Assembly (NCBI GenBank): GCA_024276825.1
Contig: JAJRWI010000037.1
Span: 1-64,000, forward strand
Direction of reading: 5' to 3'
Length of the DNA: 64,000 nucleotides
From: an archaeon
Lineage (GTDB): Archaea; Asgardarchaeota; Thorarchaeia; Thorarchaeales; Thorarchaeaceae
Shown: positions 28,169-36,878 of the stretch, in pieces
How the letters are laid out: each line of letters begins with the position of its first letter
Numbering within the stretch: the first letter of the stretch is position 1
Position numbers and translations under genes: made by a program
The notes under the pieces: generated by a model
Told to the model about the DNA's origin: nothing
Database searches by the model: none
The model's input: only the letters and a program-made list of their open reading frames with translations

Positions 28169-28305
28169 CATTAATCAAACTGAATATTACATCAAACGGC
28201 TGGATTGTCGGTGTGTAAGATTTAAAACATAGATTCATTCGCAAACTTGTGTGAGTCAGAGAAATCTACCACGATGTTACTAGTAATTGCACTGGAGGAA
28301 TTCTC

Positions 28306-29613
28306 TTGAACATTATTGGCTTGAGAAAGGAAGAGAAAGCTTTTGAGCGACGAGTGCCGGTTGTTCCTGATCATGTAAGGAAGCTTGTTCACGATAATGG
28401 TATTGAAATCATTGTTGAACCTAGTGATCAACGAGCCTTTGGAGCAAACGAATTTGAGTCAGCAGGAGCAAGAGTTGCACCTCTCTATGAGAGTGAGGCC
28501 AATGTCATTCTTGGAGTCAAGGAAATGCCTCTGGAATTCTTTGAAAAGGACAAGGTCTACGTCTTTTTCAGCCATACCATAAAGGGCCAAAAATACAACA
28601 TGCCCATGCTCAAGAAGATAATCGACAAGGGTGCCACTCTTATCGATTACGAGAGAGTGGTCGATGACAAGGGCCGCCGATTGATCTTCTTCGGTAACTG
28701 GGCCGGTCTTGCTGGGATGTCTGACACATTAAGACTCCTTGGCGAACGACTCCAAGTTGAAGGTATAACTCCTAATCCTTTCTTGGGTCTCAAGCCTACA
28801 ATCGAATGTGATGATCTGGATGAACTGGAATCAGAATTTCACGCATTAGGACAACGTATCCTAGAACAAGGATTACCTAATGAGCTCCAACCCTTTGTGA
28901 TTGGGTTTGCTGGGTACGGGAATGTATCAAAAGGAGCACAGTCACTATTCGACATCCTTCCTCATGAAACTATATCTGTAAATCAACTAGAAACCCTTGA
29001 GCCTAAGAGCAATATAATCTACAAATGCGTTTTCAAGGAGGAGGACATGGTTGAACCAATTGATCCCAATGATAGCTTTGAACTCCAAGATTACTATGAT
29101 AACGGGTCATTAAAATACCGTGGTATCTTTGAAAAGTACATCCCACATCTTATCGTCCTGATGAACTGTATCTTCTGGACAAGCAAATATCCTCGTTTGG
29201 TATCTTGTGACTTTATTCGTGAGCACTGGAGAAGCAGAAATCGGAAACTGCGGATTGTTGGGGATATATCTTGTGACGTTCGCGGAGCAATCGAATTCAC
29301 AATAAAGTGTACCACCCCTGGACACCCTGGTTTTACTTACATACCAACTGAGGATAAAGGACATCTTGGCGTAGAAGGTGATGGTCCAGTTGTAATGGCC
29401 GTTGATAATCTACCTACCGAACTACCTAAGGAGTCTTCGACATCCTTTAGTGAAACTCTCCTTCAATTCATTCCTTCTCTAGCCAAGACTGATTTCACTG
29501 TTGATTTTGACAAATTGGATCTTCCTAAAGAACTCAAGCGTGCAGTAATAGTGTATCGTGGATCACTGACCAAAAACTACTCTTATCTCGAACAACATCT
29601 ATCTAACCTATAG
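28306..29613 (+). CDS. Lysine-ketoglutarate reductase / saccharopine dehydrogenase (AlaDH/PNT-type)
   Basis: ERRVPVVP, LGVKE, FFSHTIKGQ.YNM, LIDYE, GYGNVSKGAQ, DISCD..G.IEFT, VDNLPTELP. Confidence 0.9.
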   Translation: MNIIGLRKEEKAFERRVPVVPDHVRKLVHDNGIEIIVEPSDQRAFGANEFESAGARVAPLYESEANVILGVKEMPLEFFEKDKVYVFFSHTIKGQKYNMPMLKKIIDKGATLIDYERVVDDKGRRLIFFGNWAGLAGMSDTLRLLGERLQVEGITPNPFLGLKPTIECDDLDELESEFHALGQRILEQGLPNELQPFVIGFAGYGNVSKGAQSLFDILPHETISVNQLETLEPKSNIIYKCVFKEEDMVEPIDPNDSFELQDYYDNGSLKYRGIFEKYIPHLIVLMNCIFWTSKYPRLVSCDFIREHWRSRNRKLRIVGDISCDVRGAIEFTIKCTTPGHPGFTYIPTEDKGHLGVEGDGPVVMAVDNLPTELPKESSTSFSETLLQFIPSLAKTDFTVDFDKLDLPKELKRAVIVYRGSLTKNYSYLEQHLSNL

Positions 29614-29625
29614 GGGATGTAAAAA

Positions 29626-30942
29626 ATGAAACGAGTACTTTGTTTAGGAGCAGGACTTGTGGCTCGTCCATATGTTCAATATTTATGTAAACATGGTTTT
29701 CACGTCACTGTGGCCAGCAGAACGAAGAGCAAGGCCAAGCGCCTTATTGAGGGCTGTGAGAATGCAGAAGCTGTGGTCTTTAACATCAAGGATGATGATG
29801 AACTCCTCGAGGAATTGACATCAAATGCCGATTTGATATGCTCACTACTTCCCTATACATACCATGTCAAGGCAGCAAAGATTGCAATTCGTCACGGCAA
29901 ACATTTCTGTACCACATCATACATCTCTGAAGAGATGCAGAACTTAGACAAGGAGTCCAAGGATGCGGGTGTTCTGCTCTTAAATGAGTGTGGCGTAGAT
30001 CCCGGTATTGATCACATGAGTGCAATGAAGATAATCGACCACATACACAAGAATAATGGGAAAGTCGTCAGTTTCACATCCTTTACTGGAGGTCTCCCAG
30101 CACCTGACTCAAACAATAATCCCTTCGGATACAAATTATCCTGGAGTCCACGTGGTGTACTTCTAGCTGGTAGAAATGACGCTCACTTTCTCCGTGATGG
30201 AAAAGAAGTGAAGATTCCTGGTTCTGAACTATTCAACAATTATGAGATATATGAGGTTCCAGGGATGGGCAAATTCGAAGGTTATCCAAATAGGGATAGC
30301 ATGTCATATATTGACATCTATGGAATCCCCGAAACAAAGACAATGCTACGTGGCACTTTTCGTAATTTGGGATGGTGCAGCACACTCAAGAAGATTGCTG
30401 ATCTCGGACTACTTGATATCACTGAGCGTGACCTCTCAGGCCTTACTTATGCTGGAATAATGAAACAACTGATATCATCTACTAATAATGATGTCAAGTC
30501 CGATGTTGCAAACTATCTCAATCTCTCTCCTAATGATTTGATAATTCAAAGACTTGACTGGTTGGGTCTGTTTACTGATGAGAGTATACCTTCTGGAATT
30601 ACCACCTATCTAGATGCCTTGTGCCATCTGTTTGAAGAGAAGATGCAATATGCTCCTGATGAACGTGATATGATTGTCATGCACCACGAGTTCATTGCAG
30701 AATACCCCGACCGTAAGGAGAAGATAACCTCCACCCTGATAGATTATGGGATTCCGAATGGTGATAGCTCAATGTCAAGAACCGTTGCGCTCCCAGTTGC
30801 AATCGCAAGCAGGATGATATTGGGGGGCAAGGTCAAGTTAACAGGAGTCCACCGACCGATAATGCCCGAGCTCTACGAACCAATCCTCAAAGAGCTCAAG
30901 GAATATGACATCACTTTTGATGAAAGAATCACTACACTATAA
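29626..30942 (+). CDS. Saccharopine dehydrogenase (L-glutamate forming, Lys9/SDH-like)
   Basis: LGAGLVARP, SLLPY..H, TTSY, NECGVDPGIDHM, GGLPAP, YKLSWSPRG, YPNRDS, SMSRTV. Confidence 0.93.
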   Translation: MKRVLCLGAGLVARPYVQYLCKHGFHVTVASRTKSKAKRLIEGCENAEAVVFNIKDDDELLEELTSNADLICSLLPYTYHVKAAKIAIRHGKHFCTTSYISEEMQNLDKESKDAGVLLLNECGVDPGIDHMSAMKIIDHIHKNNGKVVSFTSFTGGLPAPDSNNNPFGYKLSWSPRGVLLAGRNDAHFLRDGKEVKIPGSELFNNYEIYEVPGMGKFEGYPNRDSMSYIDIYGIPETKTMLRGTFRNLGWCSTLKKIADLGLLDITERDLSGLTYAGIMKQLISSTNNDVKSDVANYLNLSPNDLIIQRLDWLGLFTDESIPSGITTYLDALCHLFEEKMQYAPDERDMIVMHHEFIAEYPDRKEKITSTLIDYGIPNGDSSMSRTVALPVAIASRMILGGKVKLTGVHRPIMPELYEPILKELKEYDITFDERITTL

Positions 30943-30948
30943 TACCAA

Positions 30949-30968
30949 GGGCTCTCCTCTGAGAGCCT
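30949..30968. terminator. Hairpin between convergent genes
   Basis: GGGCTCTC-CTCT-GAGAGCCT stem-loop in the 29-bp gap. Confidence 0.5.
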
Positions 30969-30971
30969 CCT

Positions 30972-31595
30972 TTATTTATCCATTTGAATCTGAGTTGTGG
31001 CCAAAATCTCCTCTGCTTTCTTGATCTCTTTTTGAACCTCGTCCAACTCTGTCTTTAGTCTGTAAGTATAACCAGTTCGGTTGCCATAACGCTCTAGATG
31101 ACCCTTTCCACTGTTCCACATTCTGGCCAAGTAAGTAGATGCTGTGCTTTTTGGAAGGGCCTCCCCAAATGTTGCCTCATAGATTTCAACAACATCCAAC
31201 GATGAAAACTTTCCATGTTTGAATGATGCATAGATCACAATCTGAAGCTTTTCAAAATTGCTCATTGAGTCAATATTCATTTTATCAATTACTTCTTCCG
31301 CTCTCTCTTCAAACTTAATCTCAAACTCAATTCCTGTGCTTGTTTCAAGAAACACCTTAAATTTCTCAAACATCTCTTCTATATTACCTTTGACTTGAAG
31401 GCTGGACTCCTCACCATTGGTTTCATCAATGATCTTAATTTTAAAGTCAAAAGGTGCATCCGTCAAGGAGAGAATTCTCTTAAATCTCCGTAAAGCCTCA
31501 TTTGGCATAACATACTTGCACTGAAACACCTCCCGCAATCCAGGACCTGAACTATAGGTGAATTCGTAAACATAATTTGTCCTGTTTCTAGTCAT
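30972..31595 (-). CDS. Winged-helix DNA-binding protein
   Basis: FSSLDVVEIYEATFGEALPKSTASTYLARM...LERYGNRTGYTYRL wHTH; GGGTGG RBS. Confidence 0.75.
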   Translation of the reverse strand: MTRNRTNYVYEFTYSSGPGLREVFQCKYVMPNEALRRFKRILSLTDAPFDFKIKIIDETNGEESSLQVKGNIEEMFEKFKVFLETSTGIEFEIKFEERAEEVIDKMNIDSMSNFEKLQIVIYASFKHGKFSSLDVVEIYEATFGEALPKSTASTYLARMWNSGKGHLERYGNRTGYTYRLKTELDEVQKEIKKAEEILATTQIQMDK

Positions 31596-31633
31596 AATTC
31601 TTTACCACCCAGGAGGTAATGCCATATCTATCC

Positions 31634-32067
31634 ATTCACAATTAACATTGGCAATAATCAAATAAATGTGAGTATGTGAATTGAACATATTGACACAATA
31701 TACTCATACTATGTAAATAGCTATATCCGCTCCATCCAGCAGTTCTCTTAAATATTATTGACTGAGATTGCCGAATTATGATAAATAAAACATGTATAAG
31801 TCTGTTTCATTGCTTTTGAACGTTATCTCCACAGATTTCATCATTCACATATCTCATTATTTTGTGAATGAAAAAATACTCATGTCATATCTCTTATTGT
31901 CATATTCCAGTGGAAACAAAGGGGTGGCACCATTCACATGATATTTGTGTCATTATATCCCTCCATTTGTTGAAAAGAACTTTTTGAATTCCAATAATGA
32001 ATATTATATTCACAATAATGGCGCCATTCACAGGCATTCATAGTGAGCCAATGTGAAAGATGTGAAA
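31634..32067. repeat. Array of ATTCACA/TGTGAAT heptamers in AT-rich intergenic region
   Basis: Exact copies at 31634, 31675, 31843, 31863, 31932, 32008, 32026; one-mismatch copies at 32036, 32052, 32061. Confidence 0.8.
31905..31925 (+). promoter_or_regulatory. Origin recognition box (ORB)
   Basis: TTCCAGTGGAAACAAAGGGGT, essentially the archaeal ORB consensus with G-string. Confidence 0.8.
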
Positions 32068-32125
32068 CATAAACTTTGAGCAAATTTTATTGAGTTCTAA
32101 TAAATCTCACAGCTCTTAACTTATC

Positions 32126-33130
32126 TCACTGAGGCATCATTAAATCACATGGATTAGATCCCAAAACTACTTGGCAGAACTTGTCCTCTGACCTATGATC
32201 ATGAACAATCTCAAGAGTTCCCTCGACTCTAACTATCATCCCACATTTTGCCTGTTCAGTAAATCTTCCCCTATAACTTACTATTTGCTTTATTCGTTTG
32301 TCATTTTCACAACTAACTCTGTATGTACAGGGCGTAAAAATTGAATCATTGTCATCAATAATCTTACAAAGAAAATGCCCTCTTCCCAACATTTTGTAGG
32401 TAATATCATAGTATTGCACTCCAACTTCATGAGGATATTTTACTAGTCTGATATAGAATGGATATGACTGAAAAATCCCCTGCAGCACTTTTCTCTTCTC
32501 TATCTCTCTCAATCTGGTCCAATTATGACAATCTCCCCACCTGAACCTTGTGATTTCATCGAGGGCCAGACCCTCATAACGCTTGATTTGTGATTGAAGT
32601 TCAATATCATTCTGCAATACTTCGAATACTTTTCTTGCGTTTACTTCACCATATACTACCAAATCAATATCAGATTCTGGGGTAGCGAGACCTGCTAATA
32701 TGGAACCTGTTATTCCAAATGCCCTTGGCGATGCGCCTGATTTTGATACTAACAAATTAACCAATTTTTTCGCAGCATTAGCAACTGGGCATACTTGATA
32801 GTCATCATCATTCATCAAGCATACTGCTTTGACTGGATTAAGAACCTCTTTAAAATCTTCAAATTTTACAGACTGCAACACTCTATCATTTCTAGAATCA
32901 TACCAGAAATATTTTGGATAATTCTCCCGAAGAAACTTCTCTCTCTCTAGCAGGTTATAGATCTTCATATAATGTATATTCTCTCTAATTCTTGGTGAGT
33001 CCTTACAAATTGGGACATATCGCACATAAGCAATTTTTCTATCATCTGGATGAATTACTCCCTTTACTTCAAATATTAAATTATCAGAGGTGACTATAAA
33101 ATAGCCCTCTATTGGATCCGGATTGTTCAT
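32126..33130 (-). CDS. Predicted archaeal nucleotidyltransferase (Pol-beta superfamily)
   Basis: FEVKG..HP, AYVRYVP, GITGSILAG....SDIDLVVYG, C-terminal OB-like SYRGRF.EQA. Confidence 0.85.
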   Translation of the reverse strand: MNNPDPIEGYFIVTSDNLIFEVKGVIHPDDRKIAYVRYVPICKDSPRIRENIHYMKIYNLLEREKFLRENYPKYFWYDSRNDRVLQSVKFEDFKEVLNPVKAVCLMNDDDYQVCPVANAAKKLVNLLVSKSGASPRAFGITGSILAGLATPESDIDLVVYGEVNARKVFEVLQNDIELQSQIKRYEGLALDEITRFRWGDCHNWTRLREIEKRKVLQGIFQSYPFYIRLVKYPHEVGVQYYDITYKMLGRGHFLCKIIDDNDSIFTPCTYRVSCENDKRIKQIVSYRGRFTEQAKCGMIVRVEGTLEIVHDHRSEDKFCQVVLGSNPCDLMMPQ

Positions 33131-33190
33131 TTGAATACGACCTTTACGTGGTGAGTTAAAATAAAAAGACTGACTGTTAGCTACTAAATC

Positions 33191-34411
33191 ATGACTTCTG
33201 CTATAAATATACGAACCGATTTTCCAATTTTGAAAAACAATCCTGAGCTTGTTTATTTGGACTCAGCCAGTACAACTCTGGTACCAGAGAAAGTAATCTC
33301 CGCATCTGCCAAATTTCTGTCTGAAATTGCTGTTGTATCTAGAAGAGGAGCTCATCACCTAGCTGTGGAAGGGGGACAAATAGTTGAAAGAGCGCGTGAG
33401 AAACTGGCTTCTTTTCTCAATACAGAACCCGCGCTATTATCATTCCAGAAGTCAATCTCCTCAGCAATTGCATCATTAGCCCTTGGTTATGATTGGAATG
33501 GTAAGAAAAGGGAGAGAATCGCCGTCCTGATGAGTGAGGAGAACTCTATACTTGTGACTCTAATGAGAATATCTGAAATAATGGGACTCGCTATCGATTT
33601 AATTGAAGTTGATGGTTCTGGGTCTGCATCAATTGAAAGTGCAAAAGATATTATTTCTCAGAAAACTGGTCTAGTTGCTGCAAGTGCCGTTGTTGTAGGT
33701 ACTGGTGCCCATAACCCCCTTTTTGACTTGGCAGCGATCACACATGAAGCAGGCGCTCTTTTGGTATGCGATGCGTCCAGAATGATTGGATTCCAGCCAG
33801 TGAGTATTTCCGATCTTAGTTGTGATATTGCATTATTCTCAGGAAATCTTGGTCTGATGTCCCCCCCGGGACTTACAATCCAATGGACCAATGAAGAGGC
33901 ATCACAATCCTTGCTGCCTGGCATAGTCGGTAGCTCTAGTGTTTCCGATGTTACTGCAACCTCTTTTCAAATTGCATTATATCCCGACAAATTTGAATCT
34001 GGAACCCTTAATATCCCTGCCATAGCTGGATTAATAGAATCAATAGATTATCTCAGCAAAATGCAAAACTCTGGCGCCTACGAACACCTCTCCTCAATAT
34101 CGAAATATCTCTATGAACGACTAAGAGGACTTGATAATATTAAACTTTATAGTCCAGAAAATGGCAAAAACTTGACTATTTTTGGCCTAAACATTCAAAC
34201 AACAGATGATACAATCAACTGTCATGACGTTGCATTGTTCTTAGATGACCTAGAGATAGCCACTCGAAGCGGGCTTTTGTGTGCACATCCATTTGTTCGA
34301 ACATTATCCCAAGATGGAATAATACAACTCTCTCTTCATATATATAATACAAGGGATGATATTGACCACTTCATTGAAGCTATAGAAACAATTGCCAATG
34401 AATTGACGTAG
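33191..34411 (+). CDS. SufS/Csd-like class V aminotransferase-fold protein lacking the PLP lysine
   Basis: IRTDFPIL, YLDSAST, KFESGTLNI, HDVA..LD, RSGLLCAHP; SGHK motif reads SGNL. Confidence 0.85.
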   Translation: MTSAINIRTDFPILKNNPELVYLDSASTTLVPEKVISASAKFLSEIAVVSRRGAHHLAVEGGQIVERAREKLASFLNTEPALLSFQKSISSAIASLALGYDWNGKKRERIAVLMSEENSILVTLMRISEIMGLAIDLIEVDGSGSASIESAKDIISQKTGLVAASAVVVGTGAHNPLFDLAAITHEAGALLVCDASRMIGFQPVSISDLSCDIALFSGNLGLMSPPGLTIQWTNEEASQSLLPGIVGSSSVSDVTATSFQIALYPDKFESGTLNIPAIAGLIESIDYLSKMQNSGAYEHLSSISKYLYERLRGLDNIKLYSPENGKNLTIFGLNIQTTDDTINCHDVALFLDDLEIATRSGLLCAHPFVRTLSQDGIIQLSLHIYNTRDDIDHFIEAIETIANELT

Positions 34412-34444
34412 CAAACATAGGAAAGAGCTGATGAACTGTAAATC

Positions 34445-34586
34445 TCAGAAGCGGAAAGATCGTGCAAAGTTATCATGTCAATCAGAATTGGGGCCATGAC
34501 AAAAACTTGATGTTTCCACTTCTACTATCAGAAGATGGGAATGCATGGTCCTTGCTCGGACGGTTCATCTTTCGATGATAAGTTTA
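34445..34586 (+). mobile_element. Miniature IS607-derived element, copy 3
   Basis: TCAGAAGCGGAAAG...ATCAGAATTGGGGCCATG...GTTTCCACTTCTACTATCAGAAGATGGGAATGCATGGTCCTTGCTC. Confidence 0.72.
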
Positions 34587-34689
34587 GAACATCCATAGAT
34601 CTCAGTAAAGAGATTTATTGAAGTTTTTTCTCACCAGTGAGAAAGGCTTATTTATACTCGGCCATCACTCCAATCAAATTCCAGCAACG

Positions 34690-34767
34690 GCCCCGGTAGT
34701 GTAGTCCGGTCCAGCATGAGGGACTCTCGATCCCTCGACCCGGGTTCAAATCCCGGCCGGGGCACCA
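34690..34767 (+). tRNA. tRNA-Glu(CTC)
   Basis: GCCCCGG/CCGGGGC-A-CCA; AGGGA-CT-CTC-GA-TCCCT. Confidence 0.97.
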
Positions 34768-34778
34768 CTACTTCCATA

Positions 34779-36758
34779 TCAAGAACCGATAAGATATCTC
34801 TGTCTTAGAAAAGGGGCAATTGCTGAAAAAACAATCGTCATACAACTTGCTAGCAATCCATTAATCCCAATACCTTGGGCTGCATGAGCTTGAGCTTGAT
34901 TAATAATAATGAAAAAGGTTCCACTGGACTGAGCTAGCCCATTTATATGCCGCGTTTCATAATACAATAAGAATGTGCCATTCGAATTGGGCATTGGAAT
35001 GCTTAAGTAAATCACTCCAGATTCATCACTTTTTGTATAACCCTCCTGCTCAAGCCAATAGTAATCAAAGTCCAATCCATGAATTTGTGTTCCATTTCGA
35101 GCTATTGTTAGTAAATACATTGAAATTTGCCTTAATGGAACTACAAGACTATATGAAATCATAATAACATCGACAGGAATCTGGTGGGAAACGTGATATT
35201 CGTATCTGAACTCGCTTGAAAGATAATATGACGTATTATCTCCTTGAAAAATTAAACTCACATAATCAGGTCCATTTTCAGACTGTGCTCTACACTCGAT
35301 AGATGCATATCCGCTCTCATTAGTAAGGATAAATTGGTGAAAAGATCCATTTTCCTTTGAAACTAGGAATCCCACTTCTGAAAGCGCCCCCACACTGTCC
35401 TCTAATCTACATGTCAGAGTAATTCTTTGCATGGGCATTGCATAGCCGCAAATGCTCTCGGCAATTATATTGAACCTTGGCTTTGACCAAACATTAATGG
35501 TAATGTTCAATGTCTTATTACTGATAAATGGTTGATCAATTATAACAACGGTTAACGTTCTTGGTCCGTTTGGTCCAATCGGAATGTATGGAATTTGGAC
35601 CCTTTCAGTATTTTTTGTCTTAGTCCAATATGTATAGTTAGAAATTTGATCTGATACCCCAATAGTCATATTTTCATAGGGCCTGCCAAGAGCATCATTT
35701 ATTGACAAAATTAAACTTGAATAAGAATAGGCAACAACCCTTTCGGGCAATATTGTCTTTAATATTGCCATACTATATACATTAATTTCCATCTTTAAAC
35801 TAGCTTTTTCATATCTGTAATTTCCTGAAAACTGCACTCCAATTATATGTTTACCAATGTCAACTGTGTTATTAATTATTATGGAGATGTTGGCAATACC
35901 TTCGCTATTTGTTATCCAAGTTCCCAAATATGTGTTATCAATAATAACATCAAGTTCTATCCCACTTAGTGGAATATCATTCGAATGAACATAGAAAACT
36001 AAATTCATTGAATCATTAAGATTTGCATCCTTATTAACAAATCCAAACTCACTAATTGCAACTTGCAGTTGACGATATTCAATAATGACGGTTTTAACAG
36101 CACCAAGACAAAACAATTGATCACTGTTAACGCTGACTAATTTCACAGCATTTGTTCCCAAATTAAATAAGGATGAATTATATTCAATCTTAAATTTAAA
36201 ATAACCAGATGAATTTGTGAATGTTGAAAAAATATACTGATCATTAACAAAGGCTGATACACAGATGTTTGAAACACCATTGCCCACATCATCGACTATT
36301 CGTGCGCTGATTGAATAATTATCTCCAGGGGCAAGAAGAGTATCATCTGACAATATGAGAATCTCTGTTCGTGAAAAAATTGTAATCACAGTCCATTGAG
36401 CTGAGGGATCTAAAAACAAACTGTCATTCCCTCTGAATGTTGAATTAATTAATGTTTCACCAAGTGGCTGCGTCAATGGAATGTCCCATTGAATTGATGC
36501 AACTCCATTCTCATCTGTCAATGCCATTCCAAGAAAAATGTCATTTGTTTCATCATAAAACTCTATTCTCTGATTCGATATTGGATCACCATATGTGATA
36601 TTTTGTAGAAGAACTGCTGTAATAGTGATAGTATCCCCCCTACAAATTGGGGTTTCCTCCGCATTTACAAATACTGCTCCATTATCCAGTATCATAATGA
36701 CTGAAATTGCTATTGTTAATATTGCTAGTAATCGAGGAGCATTCATCATTATCACCAA
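34779..36758 (-). CDS. Secreted Ig-like-repeat surface protein with C-terminal anchor
   Basis: Signal peptide, repeated TDENG.A / TNSSG / TNSEG.A / TNESG.A motifs, many N-x-S/T, C-terminal TM followed by RQR. Confidence 0.8.
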   Translation of the reverse strand: MVIMMNAPRLLAILTIAISVIMILDNGAVFVNAEETPICRGDTITITAVLLQNITYGDPISNQRIEFYDETNDIFLGMALTDENGVASIQWDIPLTQPLGETLINSTFRGNDSLFLDPSAQWTVITIFSRTEILILSDDTLLAPGDNYSISARIVDDVGNGVSNICVSAFVNDQYIFSTFTNSSGYFKFKIEYNSSLFNLGTNAVKLVSVNSDQLFCLGAVKTVIIEYRQLQVAISEFGFVNKDANLNDSMNLVFYVHSNDIPLSGIELDVIIDNTYLGTWITNSEGIANISIIINNTVDIGKHIIGVQFSGNYRYEKASLKMEINVYSMAILKTILPERVVAYSYSSLILSINDALGRPYENMTIGVSDQISNYTYWTKTKNTERVQIPYIPIGPNGPRTLTVVIIDQPFISNKTLNITINVWSKPRFNIIAESICGYAMPMQRITLTCRLEDSVGALSEVGFLVSKENGSFHQFILTNESGYASIECRAQSENGPDYVSLIFQGDNTSYYLSSEFRYEYHVSHQIPVDVIMISYSLVVPLRQISMYLLTIARNGTQIHGLDFDYYWLEQEGYTKSDESGVIYLSIPMPNSNGTFLLYYETRHINGLAQSSGTFFIIINQAQAHAAQGIGINGLLASCMTIVFSAIAPFLRQRYLIGS

Positions 36759-36878
36759 TGATTGTAAATTCTCACAAATTCTAACTCTCCGATAACTAAT
36801 AATCTCCTACAGGAAAATCTGTGGAGTTCTTATGTCGCGCAGAATACTATTATGTGATCAGAGGTTGAGGTCTTCGCA

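Noticed and set aside
31958-31975. Inverted ORB partner for the 31905 box
   Set aside because: Reverse complement TTCAACAAATGGAGGG is too short and divergent
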